Source: an uncultured Candidatus Entotheonella sp. (GTDB lineage: Bacteria > Tectomicrobia > Entotheonellia > Entotheonellales > Entotheonellaceae). Taken from it: DNA of 64,000 nucleotides. The position numbers were made by a program, and so were the translations under genes. The notes beneath the pieces are model-generated. The model worked only from the letters and a program-made list of their open reading frames with translations. It searched no databases and was not told where the DNA came from. Where the stretch lies: the NCBI GenBank assembly GCA_965217185.1, contig OZ244252.1:3584001-3648000 (forward strand), written 5' to 3'. Of this stretch, positions 38,624 to 49,978 are shown one piece after another (the stretch's first letter is position 1; each line of letters starts with the position of its first letter).

Positions 38624-39969
38624 CGCCCTCCCCGACGGCCCTGCACAATCGTTTGACGGCCCTGCTTGGCGCCGAGAACGCCTGGATGGACGAGCCGGCA
38701 ACCGCCGGCTACGCCGTGGCGTCGCGGCGTCCGGCGGTCGTGGCGGCGCCGTGTACGGCCGAGCAGGTCGCCGCGGTTCTGGAACTCGCATCGCGCGAAA
38801 AGCTGGGCGTGGTGCCGTGGGGACGCGGCACGCAGATGCACCTGGGACCGCCGCCGGCTGAATACGACGTGGCGCTGTCGCTGCAGCACCTGGCCCGCGT
38901 GCTGGAGTACGACAGCGCCAATCTGACGCTGATCGCCGAGGCCGGGTTGGCGCTGCGTGAGGTGTATCGGCTGACCATCCCGGGGCGTCAATTCCTGCCG
39001 CTGGGCTATCCGGGCAGCGAGGCCAGCCTGGGCGGCCTGCTGGTGACCAATACCAGCGGCATCAAGCGCTTGCGCTACGGCGGCATGCGGGATCTGCTGC
39101 TGGGCATCCGGGTGGCGCTGCCGGAGGGAGAGTTACTGCGCTACGGCGGGCGGGTGGTGAAAAATGTCGCCGGCTACGACATGTGCAAGCTGTACATTGG
39201 CTCGCTGGGCGCATTCGGCGTGGTGACGGAAGTGACGTTTCGCCTGGCGATGCTGCCGGAGGAGGAACGCCTGCTGGTTGCCGCGTTTCCGACCCTGGCG
39301 CAGGGCATGACCGCGGCAACTGCGGTGCGCACCGCGGCGCTGTTGCCATCCACCGTCGCGCTGGTTTCGTCGGCGGGGTGGGCGGATTCCTTGCCGATTG
39401 GTTTGCAACCGGGGCAGGTGGCGTTGCTGGCGCACGTGGACGGCTCGCACGAATCGGTGCAGCGTCAGATTGCCGAGGGCGAGGCAATTTGTACGTCGCA
39501 TGGAGCCGTGGAAGCCGCCACCCTGAGCGGCGAGGCGTTGCTGACGACGTGGGAGCGGCAGGAAGTGTGGCGAACGTCTTCGCCCGATCCGTCGTTGTTG
39601 CAGGTGCGCGTCGGGGTGCCGCCGTCCAGCGTGGAAACGGCGCTCGGTCTGCTGGACGAGGTACCGAGGTTCTGCCGGGAGCCTGTCATGTGGCTGGCGG
39701 ACGCCGGTATCGGCTCGGTGACCGCCCGGCTGCCGCTCGATGCGCAGGCGGACGATCTGGCAGCGCAGGTGCAAGCGTGGCTGGGCGGGATTCGGGCACG
39801 GCTTGATGAGCAACAGGGCTTTGCCGTGGTGGAATCGGCGCCGGAAGTCTTGATTACCCAGCTCGACGTATGGGGCACGCCGCCCGGCGCCGGCCTTCTG
39901 AAGCGATACAAGAGCCGATTCGATCCGCAGGGCGTGCTGAATCGCGGGCGCTACGTGGGCGGGTTGTGA
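38620..39969 (+). CDS. glcE: Glycolate oxidase subunit GlcE-like FAD-binding protein
   Basis: GGRVVKNVAGYD, GSLGAFG, FDPQGVLNRGR; ATGA coupling to glcD. Confidence 0.8.
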   Translation: MTPSPTALHNRLTALLGAENAWMDEPATAGYAVASRRPAVVAAPCTAEQVAAVLELASREKLGVVPWGRGTQMHLGPPPAEYDVALSLQHLARVLEYDSANLTLIAEAGLALREVYRLTIPGRQFLPLGYPGSEASLGGLLVTNTSGIKRLRYGGMRDLLLGIRVALPEGELLRYGGRVVKNVAGYDMCKLYIGSLGAFGVVTEVTFRLAMLPEEERLLVAAFPTLAQGMTAATAVRTAALLPSTVALVSSAGWADSLPIGLQPGQVALLAHVDGSHESVQRQIAEGEAICTSHGAVEAATLSGEALLTTWERQEVWRTSSPDPSLLQVRVGVPPSSVETALGLLDEVPRFCREPVMWLADAGIGSVTARLPLDAQADDLAAQVQAWLGGIRARLDEQQGFAVVESAPEVLITQLDVWGTPPGAGLLKRYKSRFDPQGVLNRGRYVGGL

Positions 39970-39979
39970 GGTGCCGTCG

Positions 39980-41137
39980 TCACCAGAGGCGGTCGGACGC
40001 CAGCTTGGCGCCCTCGCTCAGGGTGCGGAGCTTGGCCCACACCACCAGGGGCGCGACGTTCTCCGAACCGGCAAACGTTCCGAAGCCGCAATCGGTCGAG
40101 GCGATCACGCGGCTGCGGTCTCCCGCCACTTCCACGGCCTGCACGATGCGGTTGGCCACCACTTCCGGATGCTCCACGTAATTGACCGTTGAATCGATAA
40201 CCCCCGGCAGCAGCAGCATGCCGTCCGGCAGCGGGTGCTGCCTGAAGACACGGCTTTCGTGCTGGTGCCGCGGGTTGGCGAGCTCGATGGACAAGGCGCC
40301 GACGCGCGCGCCGTACAGCAGCGGCAGGATGTCTTCCAGCGCCACGTCGTGGACGTGCGGTCCGTCGTAGTTGCCCCAGCAGACGTGCAGGCGGATGCGC
40401 TCGGGCGGGATGTTGCGTATCGCTTGGTTGATGGCTTCGACATGCAGCTCGACCATTTCCTGGAAGCGCCGTAGGGATTCGTCCTGGAAAAAGTACGTCC
40501 GCTCCATGGCCAGATCGGGGCAGTCGATCTGCAGGATCAGCCCCTTGGCGTGGATCAGCTCGTACTCCTTGCGCATCTGCTCGGCGAGGGCGAGGACATA
40601 GCGCTCGTGCGACTCGTAGTGGGCGTTCAGCAGCGTGGTGGCGATGATGCCGGGCGAGGCCGCGGTCATGAAGTGTTCGGTGAAGGGGCGCGGCGCTTGC
40701 TCTGTGCTGCGCAGAAAGACGGCGCACTCGTTTTCCGCGGCGCTCAGGTCGGTATAGTGCACCTCGGCAAGCGCCTGCGGGGCGTTGAAAATCTTGGCGG
40801 CGCTGCGGCGGCGGGCCTTGATGATGGCTGCGTAGTCGGGGAAGTCCTGCCAATCCTGCGGCTGCGGCCGGGCGCTCTCGCCGCCGAAGCCCTGCATGCG
40901 CTGCGCCACGTAGGTCTGGAAGCCCACGCGCGGCTGCTCGCCGTCGTTGCCGATGTCGATGCCCGCTTCCAACTGGCGGCGCACCACCTCATCGACCGCC
41001 GCTTCGACCTGCCGTTGCATGTCGTCCTCGTCGATGGCCTCGCCGCGTTCCTGCCGGATCAACAGGTCGGCCAGCGGCCTGGGCCGCGGCAGGCTGCCGA
41101 CGTGAGTTGTCAGAATCCGTTGTTCGCTGGTTTGCAT
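39980..41137 (-). CDS. Cobalamin-independent methionine synthase II family protein
   Basis: TTHVGSLPRP, LQIDCP, Zn ligands LHVCWGN and TDCGF. Confidence 0.9.
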   Translation of the reverse strand: MQTSEQRILTTHVGSLPRPRPLADLLIRQERGEAIDEDDMQRQVEAAVDEVVRRQLEAGIDIGNDGEQPRVGFQTYVAQRMQGFGGESARPQPQDWQDFPDYAAIIKARRRSAAKIFNAPQALAEVHYTDLSAAENECAVFLRSTEQAPRPFTEHFMTAASPGIIATTLLNAHYESHERYVLALAEQMRKEYELIHAKGLILQIDCPDLAMERTYFFQDESLRRFQEMVELHVEAINQAIRNIPPERIRLHVCWGNYDGPHVHDVALEDILPLLYGARVGALSIELANPRHQHESRVFRQHPLPDGMLLLPGVIDSTVNYVEHPEVVANRIVQAVEVAGDRSRVIASTDCGFGTFAGSENVAPLVVWAKLRTLSEGAKLASDRLW

Positions 41138-41240
41138 GCGTTAGCTCCTGCGTGACGGCCCCTGCGTTCACGAAGTGCGGGGCGGATGGTTGTATAATCG
41201 GGGTTTGCACAATAACACTGTTGATTTGGAGGATCCCAGC

Positions 41241-41999
41241 ATGAAGAAAGTTCTCATCACCGGCATGAGCGGGTTGATCGGCGGCCTGCTCAGGCAGCAC
41301 CTGGAGGCGCGCGGCGGTTACGATCTCAGCGCCCTGAACCGGCGGGCGATCGACGGGGTGCGCTGTTTGCAGGCCGATGTCGCCGATGCGGAGGCTATCA
41401 AACCCGCCTTTGCCGGGCAAGACGTGGTGGTGCACCTGGCGGCGTATCTCGGCAGCGACGATTGGGAAGGGCAGTTGGCGGGCAACGTCATCGGCACCTA
41501 CAACGTGTTCGAGGCGGCGCGGCTGGCTGGTGTCAAGCGGGTGATTTTTGCCAGCAGCGGCAACGCGGTGCGCGGCTTCGAGCAGGTGGCGCCGTATGAG
41601 GCGATTACCACCGGGCGGTACGACGAGGTGCCCGAGGGGTTTCCGCGCGTGACGCACGAAATGACGTGGCCCAGCGGCATTTACGGGGCGGCGAAAATTT
41701 GGGGCGAGGCGCTGGGCCGCCATTTTGCCGACGCCTACGGCCTATCGGTGCTGTGTGTGCGCATCGGCATGGTGCGCAAGGAGAATCGCCCGCAACAGCC
41801 GCGCGATTATTCCATCTACCTCAGTCACCGCGACGTGGTGCAAATCCTGACGCAGTGCATCGAGGCGCCGGACGACTTGCGGTACGACGTGTTCCTGGCC
41901 ATTTCGAACAACAAGTGGGGATACCGCGACCTTGAGCACGCCCGGCAGGTGCTCGGCTACGCGCCGCAGGATTCCGCCGATACGTTCCGGGAGGGATGA
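41241..41999 (+). CDS. NAD-dependent epimerase/dehydrogenase (uronate dehydrogenase-like)
   Basis: ITGMSGLIG, VHLAA, FASS, YGAAK, YLSHRD. Confidence 0.85.
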   Translation: MKKVLITGMSGLIGGLLRQHLEARGGYDLSALNRRAIDGVRCLQADVADAEAIKPAFAGQDVVVHLAAYLGSDDWEGQLAGNVIGTYNVFEAARLAGVKRVIFASSGNAVRGFEQVAPYEAITTGRYDEVPEGFPRVTHEMTWPSGIYGAAKIWGEALGRHFADAYGLSVLCVRIGMVRKENRPQQPRDYSIYLSHRDVVQILTQCIEAPDDLRYDVFLAISNNKWGYRDLEHARQVLGYAPQDSADTFREG

Positions 42000-42003
42000 T
42001 AGC

Positions 42004-43452
42004 TCAGCGTTTCCAGAAATCCGGCACGAACAGCACCAGCAGGGTGAATATCTCCAGCCGTCCCAGCAGCATGGCGACGCACATCGCCCACTTCGACACG
42101 CTGCCGATGCCGTCGTAGTGGCTCCCCACTTCCCAGAAGCCGTGCCCGAGGTTGTTCAGGCACGCCGCCACCGCGGCGAAGGCCGACAGCAGGTCGAGGC
42201 CGTCCACCGTCAGTACCAGCATCATCAGCGCAAAGCAGGCCAGGTAAATGGCGAAGAAGCCCCACATCGCTTCGAGAACTTTGTCCGGCAGGGCCGTCTT
42301 GCCGACCCGAATGACGAAAACGCCGTTTGGGTGAATGAGCCGCTTGATTTCCCGCAGGGCGTGCTTGACCAGCAGAATGAGGCGAATGACCTTCACGCCG
42401 CCGGCCGTCGACCCCGTGCAGCCGCCGATGAAGCTTGCGAACAGCAGAATCAGCACCAACGCCGCCGGCCAGTTCTCGTAATCCGTGGCGCTGAAGCCTG
42501 CCGTGACGCCGATGGATACCGCGTGGAACACCGCGTAATGCCAAGCCTCGCCGACGTCATAGGCGTTGACGTACATCAGGCCGACGAAGCTGTAAATGGC
42601 CACCGCGCCGAGGACGATCAGGTATACCTTCCATTCCGGATCTTCCGCGTATGGCACCATGTGTCGCCGATGCAGGGCCAGATAGTGCAGCGAGAATTTC
42701 GTGCCCGAAATCAGCATGAAGGCGACGCAGATCAGTTCAATGGTGGCGCTGTTGAAGTGGCCGATGCTGGCGTCGTGGGTCGAGAAGCCGCCGAGGGAGA
42801 CGGTCGAGAAGCTGTGGCCGATGGCGTCGAACAGGCTCATGCCGGCCAGCCAGTAAGCAGCGGCGCAGGCGATGGTGAGGCCGAAATAGATGTACCACAG
42901 GGTCTTGGCCGTTTCGGCAATACGCGGCGTCAGCTTGGCGTCCTTGACCGGGCCGGGAATTTCGGCGCGGTACAGCAGCATGCCACCGACGCCGAGCATG
43001 GGCAGGACGGCCACCGCCAGCACGATGATGCCCATGCCGCCCAGCCATTGCAGGAGTTGGCGATAGAACAGCAGGGCGTGCGGCATGCTGTCGAGATCGT
43101 TCAGCACCGTGGCGCCGGTGGTGGTGAGGCCGGAAAAGGACTCGAACACCGCGTTGGTAAACGAGATGCCCAGCCCCGGCATGGTATAGAACGGCAGGGC
43201 GCCGAAGAGGCTGAGCACCGTCCAGAACAGCACCACGACCAGGAAGCCGTCGCGTACCCGCAACTCTTCCCGGTGCCGGCGGAACACCTGCCACAGCACG
43301 AGGCCGGTGATGAGGGTGATACAGAAGGAGAGGCCGAACGACCCGGCACCGCCATCCTGGTAGATGAAGGCGACGATCACGGGCGGTACCATCGTGAGGC
43401 TGAACACGGCCAGCAAGATGCCGACGACGCGGAGGATGGTTTTGGCTTGCAT
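42004..43452 (-). CDS. trkH: Trk potassium uptake membrane protein
   Basis: FESFSGLTTTGAT, QWLGGMG, SLGGFS, GSTAGGVK, MLLGRLEI. Confidence 0.93.
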   Translation of the reverse strand: MQAKTILRVVGILLAVFSLTMVPPVIVAFIYQDGGAGSFGLSFCITLITGLVLWQVFRRHREELRVRDGFLVVVLFWTVLSLFGALPFYTMPGLGISFTNAVFESFSGLTTTGATVLNDLDSMPHALLFYRQLLQWLGGMGIIVLAVAVLPMLGVGGMLLYRAEIPGPVKDAKLTPRIAETAKTLWYIYFGLTIACAAAYWLAGMSLFDAIGHSFSTVSLGGFSTHDASIGHFNSATIELICVAFMLISGTKFSLHYLALHRRHMVPYAEDPEWKVYLIVLGAVAIYSFVGLMYVNAYDVGEAWHYAVFHAVSIGVTAGFSATDYENWPAALVLILLFASFIGGCTGSTAGGVKVIRLILLVKHALREIKRLIHPNGVFVIRVGKTALPDKVLEAMWGFFAIYLACFALMMLVLTVDGLDLLSAFAAVAACLNNLGHGFWEVGSHYDGIGSVSKWAMCVAMLLGRLEIFTLLVLFVPDFWKR

Positions 43453-43676
43453 GTCCAGCACTCATGGGGGCGAGGGGGAATTCTGGCGTGAGACACGACG
43501 CAGTTTCGTCAACGGTGGGGCGATTGTAGTCACAGGGCCTGCGGGGGGTCAAATGCAGCGGGCGCCGGCCGGCGTCCTGCACAGCGGCTTGCGCCTCATC
43601 CTGTAAACCACTATAAACGTCGGCAGTTTCAACGCATCCCGCCGTCCGAACACCACCTGAGCCAAAGGAGGCCATC

Positions 43677-44735
43677 GTGCCAACATTCGCTGCGCCAGAC
43701 CTGCAACGCCTGACCGAAGAAGTCTTTCACGCCGTCGGATTTCCGCGCGAGGAGGCCGCGACGATCGCCGACATCATGGTGCAGGCCAACCTGGCGGGGC
43801 ACGATTCGCACGGCGTCATTCACATCCCGGGCTACGTCGGGCGCATTCGCAGCGGCCACGTACGGCCGGGAGCGGCGGTGGAAACCGTGCACGAGACGTC
43901 GACGACGGCCGTGCTGGACGGCCATTTCACCATGGGTCACGTGGCGGCCAGCAAGGCGATGCAGTTGGCCATCAGCAAGGCGCGGGAGCACGCCATCGCG
44001 GCCGTCGGGGTGCACAACCTCAACCACATTGGCCGCATCGGCGCCTACCCGTTGATGGCCGCCGAGGCCGGCATGGGCGCCATCGTCACGGCGTCCGCCG
44101 GCGGCGCCGGCAAGCTGGTCACGCCGTTCCTGGGCATGCAGCCCCGGCTGGCCACCAACCCCATCGCCATAGCGTTCCCCAACCCGGCTGGCGCGCCGTT
44201 GCTGCTCGACATGGCCACGTCGGCGGCGGCGGCCGGCAAGATTCGCCTGATGCTGAACCGCGGGCACGAGACCGGCACGGGCTGGATCATCAACAAAGAC
44301 GGCCAGCCGACCCGCGACCCGGCGGATTTCTACGCCGGCGGCATGGCGCTGCCTCTGGGTGGCGACCAGGGCCACAAGGGCTACGGCCTGGCGGTCATGG
44401 TGGAAGTGCTCTCCGGCATCCTGGCGCGCACCGGAACCGCGGCCAAGGACCGGCAGGACCTCAACAACGGCACCTTTATGATCGTCATCGACATCGCCGC
44501 CTTTCTGCCCCTGGAGCAGTTTCACGCCGAAATGGCCGAGTTGGTCGATTATCTGCACGACACGCTGCCGGCGCCCGGACAGGAGGGCGTTCTGGTGCCG
44601 GGCGAATACGAGGCGCGCAACGAGGCCGCCCGCCGCCGCGACGGCATCCCCGTCGAGGACGAGACGTGGCGTCAGATTTGCGATACCGTGGAAGAGCTTG
44701 GAATCGCCTCTGCCCTGCCCAACGCACTGGCCTGA
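43677..44735 (+). CDS. Ldh_2 family oxidoreductase
   Basis: GHDSHGV, NHIGRIG, ATNPIAIAFP, LDMATS, HKGYGL. Confidence 0.9.
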   Translation: MPTFAAPDLQRLTEEVFHAVGFPREEAATIADIMVQANLAGHDSHGVIHIPGYVGRIRSGHVRPGAAVETVHETSTTAVLDGHFTMGHVAASKAMQLAISKAREHAIAAVGVHNLNHIGRIGAYPLMAAEAGMGAIVTASAGGAGKLVTPFLGMQPRLATNPIAIAFPNPAGAPLLLDMATSAAAAGKIRLMLNRGHETGTGWIINKDGQPTRDPADFYAGGMALPLGGDQGHKGYGLAVMVEVLSGILARTGTAAKDRQDLNNGTFMIVIDIAAFLPLEQFHAEMAELVDYLHDTLPAPGQEGVLVPGEYEARNEAARRRDGIPVEDETWRQICDTVEELGIASALPNALA

Positions 44736-44860
44736 CGGGGCGCCGCCGTTTTTGCGTTGCGGTGCGTTCGTATGCGAGAATACGCGGCACGCAGCGCGTC
44801 TCGTCTGGACGTTACGGGATAGGCGCGTGATCCGGTTTCAGCAAGTCATGGGAGGTGGTT

Positions 44861-45613
44861 ATGTCCGGTCATTCAAAATGGTCGAGTATCAAGCACAAAA
44901 AGGCCATGGTGGATGCACGCCGTGGCAAGATGTTCACCAAACTGATCCGCGAGCTGACGTCGGCTACCCGTGCCGGCGGGGGCGACCCGGACATTAACCC
45001 GCGGCTGCGTACCGCGGTGGCCTCGGCCAAGGGCGCCAACATGCCGGCCGATACCATCCAGCGCGCCATCCAGAAGGGCACCGGCGACACCGCGGGCGAG
45101 ACGTACGAGGAAGTGACCTATGAGGGCTACGGCGCCGGCGGCGTGGCGGTGCTGGTCGATACGCTGACCGACAACAAGAACCGCACGGTTGCCGAAGTTC
45201 GCCATCTGTTCGCCAAGCACGGCGGCAGCATGGGCGAAAACGGCTGCGTCGCGTGGATGTTCCAGCGCCAGGGTTTTCTCGCGCTGGACGCCGGCAGCAT
45301 TGACGAAGACGCCCTCCTTGAGATCGTCCTGGAGGCCGGCGGCGACGACGTCAGAACGGAAAACGACCTGTACGAAATCCTGACCGCACCGGAGGTCTTC
45401 GAGGACGTGCGCAGCTCGCTTGAGACGCAGGGCCTGACGCCGGAGGTGGCGGAGGTCACCATGCTGCCGCAGTCGACCGTGACGATCGAGGGCAAGCAGG
45501 CCGAGCAGGTTCTCCGCCTGATGGAGGCGCTGGATGACCAGGACGACGTGCGGCGCGCCTACGCCAATTTCGACATTCCCGACGACGTCATGGCCGCGTT
45601 GGCGGCTTCGTAA
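44861..45613 (+). CDS. yebC: YebC/PmpR family protein
   Basis: MSGHSKWSSIKHKK, YEGYG, TDNKNRT. Confidence 0.95.
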   Translation: MSGHSKWSSIKHKKAMVDARRGKMFTKLIRELTSATRAGGGDPDINPRLRTAVASAKGANMPADTIQRAIQKGTGDTAGETYEEVTYEGYGAGGVAVLVDTLTDNKNRTVAEVRHLFAKHGGSMGENGCVAWMFQRQGFLALDAGSIDEDALLEIVLEAGGDDVRTENDLYEILTAPEVFEDVRSSLETQGLTPEVAEVTMLPQSTVTIEGKQAEQVLRLMEALDDQDDVRRAYANFDIPDDVMAALAAS

Positions 45614-45652
45614 TCCACGCCTCACGAATGGGCCGCAGCGACGGGGGACAGC

Positions 45653-46144
45653 GTGCGTGTGGTAGGCATTGACCCGGGATCGCTGGTCACCGGCTACGGC
45701 GTCGTGGAGCACGGCGCCGCCGGTATGCAGGCGCTCACTTGGGGCGCCGTGCGCACCTCGGCCCGGCAGCCGCTGCAGGTGCGGCTCAAACATATTTACG
45801 AGGGGTTGTCGGAGGTCATCCAGGTCTGGCAGCCCGAGGCCGCCGTGGTGGAAAAGGTCTTCTTCGCCGAGAACGCCAAGGCCGCCTTGACACTGGGCCA
45901 AGCGCGCGGCGTGGCCCTGCTGACCGTCGCCAATGCCGCGGTGCCGCTGGTGGAGTATTCGGCCCTGGAGATCAAGCAGGCCGTTGTTGGCTACGGCCGT
46001 GCGGCCAAGGAACAAGTCCAGCACATGGTTCGTGTGCTTCTGAACCTCCCGACGGTACCCCGCCCTGCTGACGCGGCCGATGCCTTGGCCGCCGCCATTT
46101 GCTACCTGCACAGCCACGAATGGCAGAGAAAACTGGCGCCATGA
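45653..46144 (+). CDS. ruvC: Holliday junction resolvase
   Basis: VGIDPGS, LGQARGV, DAADALA. Confidence 0.95.
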   Translation: MRVVGIDPGSLVTGYGVVEHGAAGMQALTWGAVRTSARQPLQVRLKHIYEGLSEVIQVWQPEAAVVEKVFFAENAKAALTLGQARGVALLTVANAAVPLVEYSALEIKQAVVGYGRAAKEQVQHMVRVLLNLPTVPRPADAADALAAAICYLHSHEWQRKLAP

Positions 46145-46746
46145 TCGTGCTTCTGCAAGGCCTCCTGATGGACAAAACGGTTGAGCACGCGGTGATCGAC
46201 GTGCATGGCGTCGGCTATCAGGCGGATATTCCCTTGTCCACCTACTACGTGCTGCCGGGCGTGGGCGAGAGCGTTACGCTGCGCACCACCCTATACGTGC
46301 GCGAAGACGTTATGCGGCTGTACGGCTTTGCCACCGAGGAGGAGCGCAGCCTCTTCGAGATACTCATTGCGGTGTCGTCGATCGGTCCGCGCCTGGCCCT
46401 CAACATGCTGTCCAGCATTCCCGCTGGCGAGTTGCAGGCGTGCATCGCCCAGGCGGAGGTGTCCAGGCTGCAAACCATTCCCGGCATCGGCCGCAAAACC
46501 GCTGAACGTGTTGTCCTCGAATTGCAGGAGAAGATCGTCAAGCTCGACATGGCGCCGTCCGGGCTGCCACGCGAGTCGGTCCCGGCGGACGAGCAGGTGG
46601 TGGGCGACGTGGTGTCGGCCCTGCTCAATCTGGGATACAAGCGCAACGAGGCGCAGCGCGCCGTGCAGGCCGCGCGTAAGAATCGGGATGGGCGGCCGGT
46701 GCTGGAAACCCTCCTGAAGGACACGCTGCAACTAATCGGTGGCTAG
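46141..46746 (+). CDS. ruvA: Holliday junction DNA-binding subunit
   Basis: IDVHGVGY, VRED..LYGF, IPGIGRKTAER, ALLNLGY. Confidence 0.95.
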   Translation: MIVLLQGLLMDKTVEHAVIDVHGVGYQADIPLSTYYVLPGVGESVTLRTTLYVREDVMRLYGFATEEERSLFEILIAVSSIGPRLALNMLSSIPAGELQACIAQAEVSRLQTIPGIGRKTAERVVLELQEKIVKLDMAPSGLPRESVPADEQVVGDVVSALLNLGYKRNEAQRAVQAARKNRDGRPVLETLLKDTLQLIGG

Positions 46747-46851
46747 TGACCAGTGGTCGGTGGCCGGTAAATTCTGGGAGGGCGGATCTTTGCTTTGGCC
46801 TTGCTTTTCACTATTCACTAACCACTAATCACTGGTTTTCGGGGGCGCAGA

Positions 46852-47871
46852 GTGATAGAGCGCATCGTGGATCGAGCCCAGGATTCCGAGGAAAACCTCC
46901 TCGAAGTCAGCCTGCGTCCGCTTGCGCTTGAGGACTACGTCGGGCAGTCGCAGAGCAAGGAAAATCTCCGCATCCTGATCGAGGCCGCCCGGCAGCGCGC
47001 CGACACGATTGACCACATTCTCTTCAGCGGGCCGCCCGGCCTCGGTAAGACCACCCTGGCGCACATCATCGCCAACGAGATGCAGGTCAACGTCAAGACC
47101 ACCTCGGGGCCGATTCTGGAACGGCCCGGCGACCTGGCTGCTATCCTCACCAATTTGCAGCATGGCGACGTGTTTTTCATCGACGAGATCCACCGCTTGT
47201 CGCACGTCATTGAGGAAGTGCTGTATCCCGCCATGGAAGACTTTCAGCTCGACATCATCATCGGGCAGGGACCAAGCGCCCGGACGATCAAGCTGAGCCT
47301 GCCGCGCTTCACCCTCGTCGGCGCTACCACGCGGGCGGGGCTGTTGACCTCGCCGTTGCGCGACCGGTTCGGCGTGGTGATGCGGCTGGATTTCTATACG
47401 CAGGAGGAGTTGCAGGTAATTCTGCGCCGCTCCGCCGACCTGTTGCGGGTGGGCATCGACCAGGAGGGCACTGTCGAGATCGCCCGGCGTTCGCGCGGCA
47501 CGCCGCGGGTGGCGAACCGCTTGCTCAAGCGGGTGCGTGATTACGCGCAGGTGCGGGCGGATGGCTTCATTAACTGCGAAGTGGCCGCCCAAGCCCTGAA
47601 GCTCCTGGACGTCGACGATCAGGGCCTGGACAAGATGGACCGGCAGCTTCTGGAAGCGATTATCGACAAGTTTGGCGGCGGTCCGGTAGGTCTGGAAACG
47701 CTTTCCGCCGTCCTCAACGAGGAGAAGGACACCATCGAGGACGTGTACGAGCCATTCCTGATTCAGGAGGGCTACCTCAAACGCACCCCGCGCGGGCGTA
47801 CCGCGACCCCCCTGGCGTATCGCCACTTGCGGCGCCGGCTCGTAACCGATGGCCAAGCCCGTCTGCTGTAA
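46852..47871 (+). CDS. ruvB: Holliday junction helicase
   Basis: [28 protein letters not shown]. Confidence 0.97.
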   Translation: MIERIVDRAQDSEENLLEVSLRPLALEDYVGQSQSKENLRILIEAARQRADTIDHILFSGPPGLGKTTLAHIIANEMQVNVKTTSGPILERPGDLAAILTNLQHGDVFFIDEIHRLSHVIEEVLYPAMEDFQLDIIIGQGPSARTIKLSLPRFTLVGATTRAGLLTSPLRDRFGVVMRLDFYTQEELQVILRRSADLLRVGIDQEGTVEIARRSRGTPRVANRLLKRVRDYAQVRADGFINCEVAAQALKLLDVDDQGLDKMDRQLLEAIIDKFGGGPVGLETLSAVLNEEKDTIEDVYEPFLIQEGYLKRTPRGRTATPLAYRHLRRRLVTDGQARLL

Positions 47872-47897
47872 TTTTCTGTCGTGAGAAAGCGCCCGCC

Positions 47898-48938
47898 GTG
47901 CACCTGCGCGACTTCGATTTCACCCTGCCAGCCGAATTGATCGCTCAAGCCCCTGCCGCCAAGCGGGATGGCTCGCGGCTGATGATCGTCGACCGGCAGC
48001 AAGGCAGCATCCGGCACGACGGGTTTGCCAACGTCGGCAACTACCTGAGCGCCGGGGACATGCTGGTGGTGAATGACACCAAGGTGATCCCGGCGCGTCT
48101 GCGGGGCCGTAAGGTCGGCACCGGCGGCAGTGTAGAGGTGCTGCTGCTTCACGAGGTCAGCGCCGGGGCGTGGGAAGTGTTGCTGAAGCCCGCCGCCAAG
48201 GTGCCGGCCGGCACGGAGGTGGAATTCGGCGCCGGGGCGTTGCGGGGACGTGTCGGGGAGCGGACGGAGAATGGGGCGGCCATCCTGCACTTTACGCCGC
48301 CCGACGTGTTGCCGGCACTTGCCGAGGTCGGCGAGGTGCCGCTGCCGCCCTATATCAAACGGCAGCAGCCGGCGGAGAGCCGGGAATTCGATCTGGAACG
48401 CTACCAAACAGTGTATGCCTGCCACCCCGGCGCGGTGGCGGCGCCGACCGCCGGTCTGCATTTCACGCCGGAGCTGCTGGCCGATCTGAAACGGCAGGGT
48501 ATTCAGCGAGCGACGCTCACGCTTCACGTGGGATGGGGGACATTCCAGCCGGTGCGCGGCGACGCCGTTGAGCAGCATCGCATGGGCGCGGAACGCTACC
48601 AATTGGCAGCGTCCGAGGCCGAACGGATCGAACAGGCCCGCGAACAGGGGTATCGAGTGGTGGCGGTGGGAACGACGACGACTCGTACGCTGGAAACCAT
48701 TGGGCAAGAAACAGGGGGGATACACGCCGCTAGCGGCTGGTCGGAACTCTTTATCAAGCCCGGGCATCGTTTTCGCGCCATCGATGCCCTGATCACCAAT
48801 TTTCACCTGCCGCGCTCAACGCTCTTTATGTTGGTGTGTGCGTTTGCCGGCCGCAATCTCATGCTCGAAGCCTACCAGACAGCCGTTGCCAACCGATATC
48901 GCTTCTACAGCTACGGCGACGCCATGCTCGTCATTTGA
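47898..48938 (+). CDS. queA: S-adenosylmethionine:tRNA ribosyltransferase-isomerase
   Basis: PLPPYI, YQTVYA, AAPTAGLHFT, TNFHLPRS, FYSYGDAM. Confidence 0.97.
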   Translation: MHLRDFDFTLPAELIAQAPAAKRDGSRLMIVDRQQGSIRHDGFANVGNYLSAGDMLVVNDTKVIPARLRGRKVGTGGSVEVLLLHEVSAGAWEVLLKPAAKVPAGTEVEFGAGALRGRVGERTENGAAILHFTPPDVLPALAEVGEVPLPPYIKRQQPAESREFDLERYQTVYACHPGAVAAPTAGLHFTPELLADLKRQGIQRATLTLHVGWGTFQPVRGDAVEQHRMGAERYQLAASEAERIEQAREQGYRVVAVGTTTTRTLETIGQETGGIHAASGWSELFIKPGHRFRAIDALITNFHLPRSTLFMLVCAFAGRNLMLEAYQTAVANRYRFYSYGDAMLVI

Positions 48939-49081
48939 GCTTGTCCCCAGTGCCCAGATTCGGTAATGACAGCGGCCAGCCCCTTTTCTGCTCGACATCT
49001 TCGCCGTCGAGCCCTCCAAGTGGTTCGTACCACCGGATTCCATCGCGGACCACGCCCTCTAAATCCGGCCTGCATGCCCCT

Positions 49082-49978
49082 TAGGACTCTGATCGAGATT
49101 AAGTTTTCAACTTCATCGCGGCTGCAACTCGTAGTTCCAATCACCGTGGAACTCGTTTCGATGGAGCGACAGCGCCTCCATCTCTGCTTTCGTTGTAACC
49201 ACCCCAGTAGGATACGTTCTCTTGTCGAGCTTGGCTTTGACCCGAAGCCCTGCGGCCGTTCGCGTCTTGCCTATCAAGTCGACAATGGTCTCAAAGGTAC
49301 GCAGCGGCTTGCCTCGCCAATTCTGCGTGAGGTGACAAAACAGGCGGTGCTCAATCTTATTCCACTTGCTCGTGCCGGGCGGAAAATGGCTGACGTGGAG
49401 GCGCAGAGGCGTCTCGTCAGCGAGGTTCTGCAGGCCGTGCTTCCAGGCGCGCGAGCGATACCCGTTGCTACCGCCCGCGTCGGCGGTGATGAACAACTCA
49501 CAAGCCTGGGGGTAACGACGCTTGCCCATCTCGTTCCACCACCGTCGCATCGAGGCGACTGCGAACGCAGGCGTGTCGTGGTCACGCCCGACGTTAACCC
49601 ACGCTTCGTTGCCTCCCATGTCATAGATGCCGTATGGAATCGTTTTGCCCGCCGCGTCTTGGGGAAAGTCATGCACCCGTGACTTCTCAGGCCTCCCGTC
49701 AGGTTGCCATCCCTGGCCAGCGTTTTTGAAATCACCTACCAACTCCTTCTTCTTGGTGTCCACAGATACCACCGGCTGAGCCCGCTCAAGAAAGTCATCT
49801 GCCTTCGCATTGATGTGTTCGAACAGCGCGTTACGATCAGGGTGCGACGTACCCTCTCGACGCTTGCGCACCGATTGCAGGCTGTAGCCAAGTTCATGGA
49901 GTAAACGGCTTAGCGTCGTCGAACTCACCTTCCAGCCAGCCTTCGACAGCGCCGCCGTGAGCTTCGCCCGACTCTTAG
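49082..49978 (-). mobile_element. 5'-truncated ISAzo13-family IS
   Basis: SVDTKKKELVG, ITADAGGSN, PPGTSKWNKIEHRLF, FHGDWNY; homology starts mid-protein at KSRAKL; putative right end near 49082. Confidence 0.85.

Noticed and set aside
37214..39969. glcDE without glcF
   Set aside because: glcF is often encoded elsewhere; cannot be judged from this window
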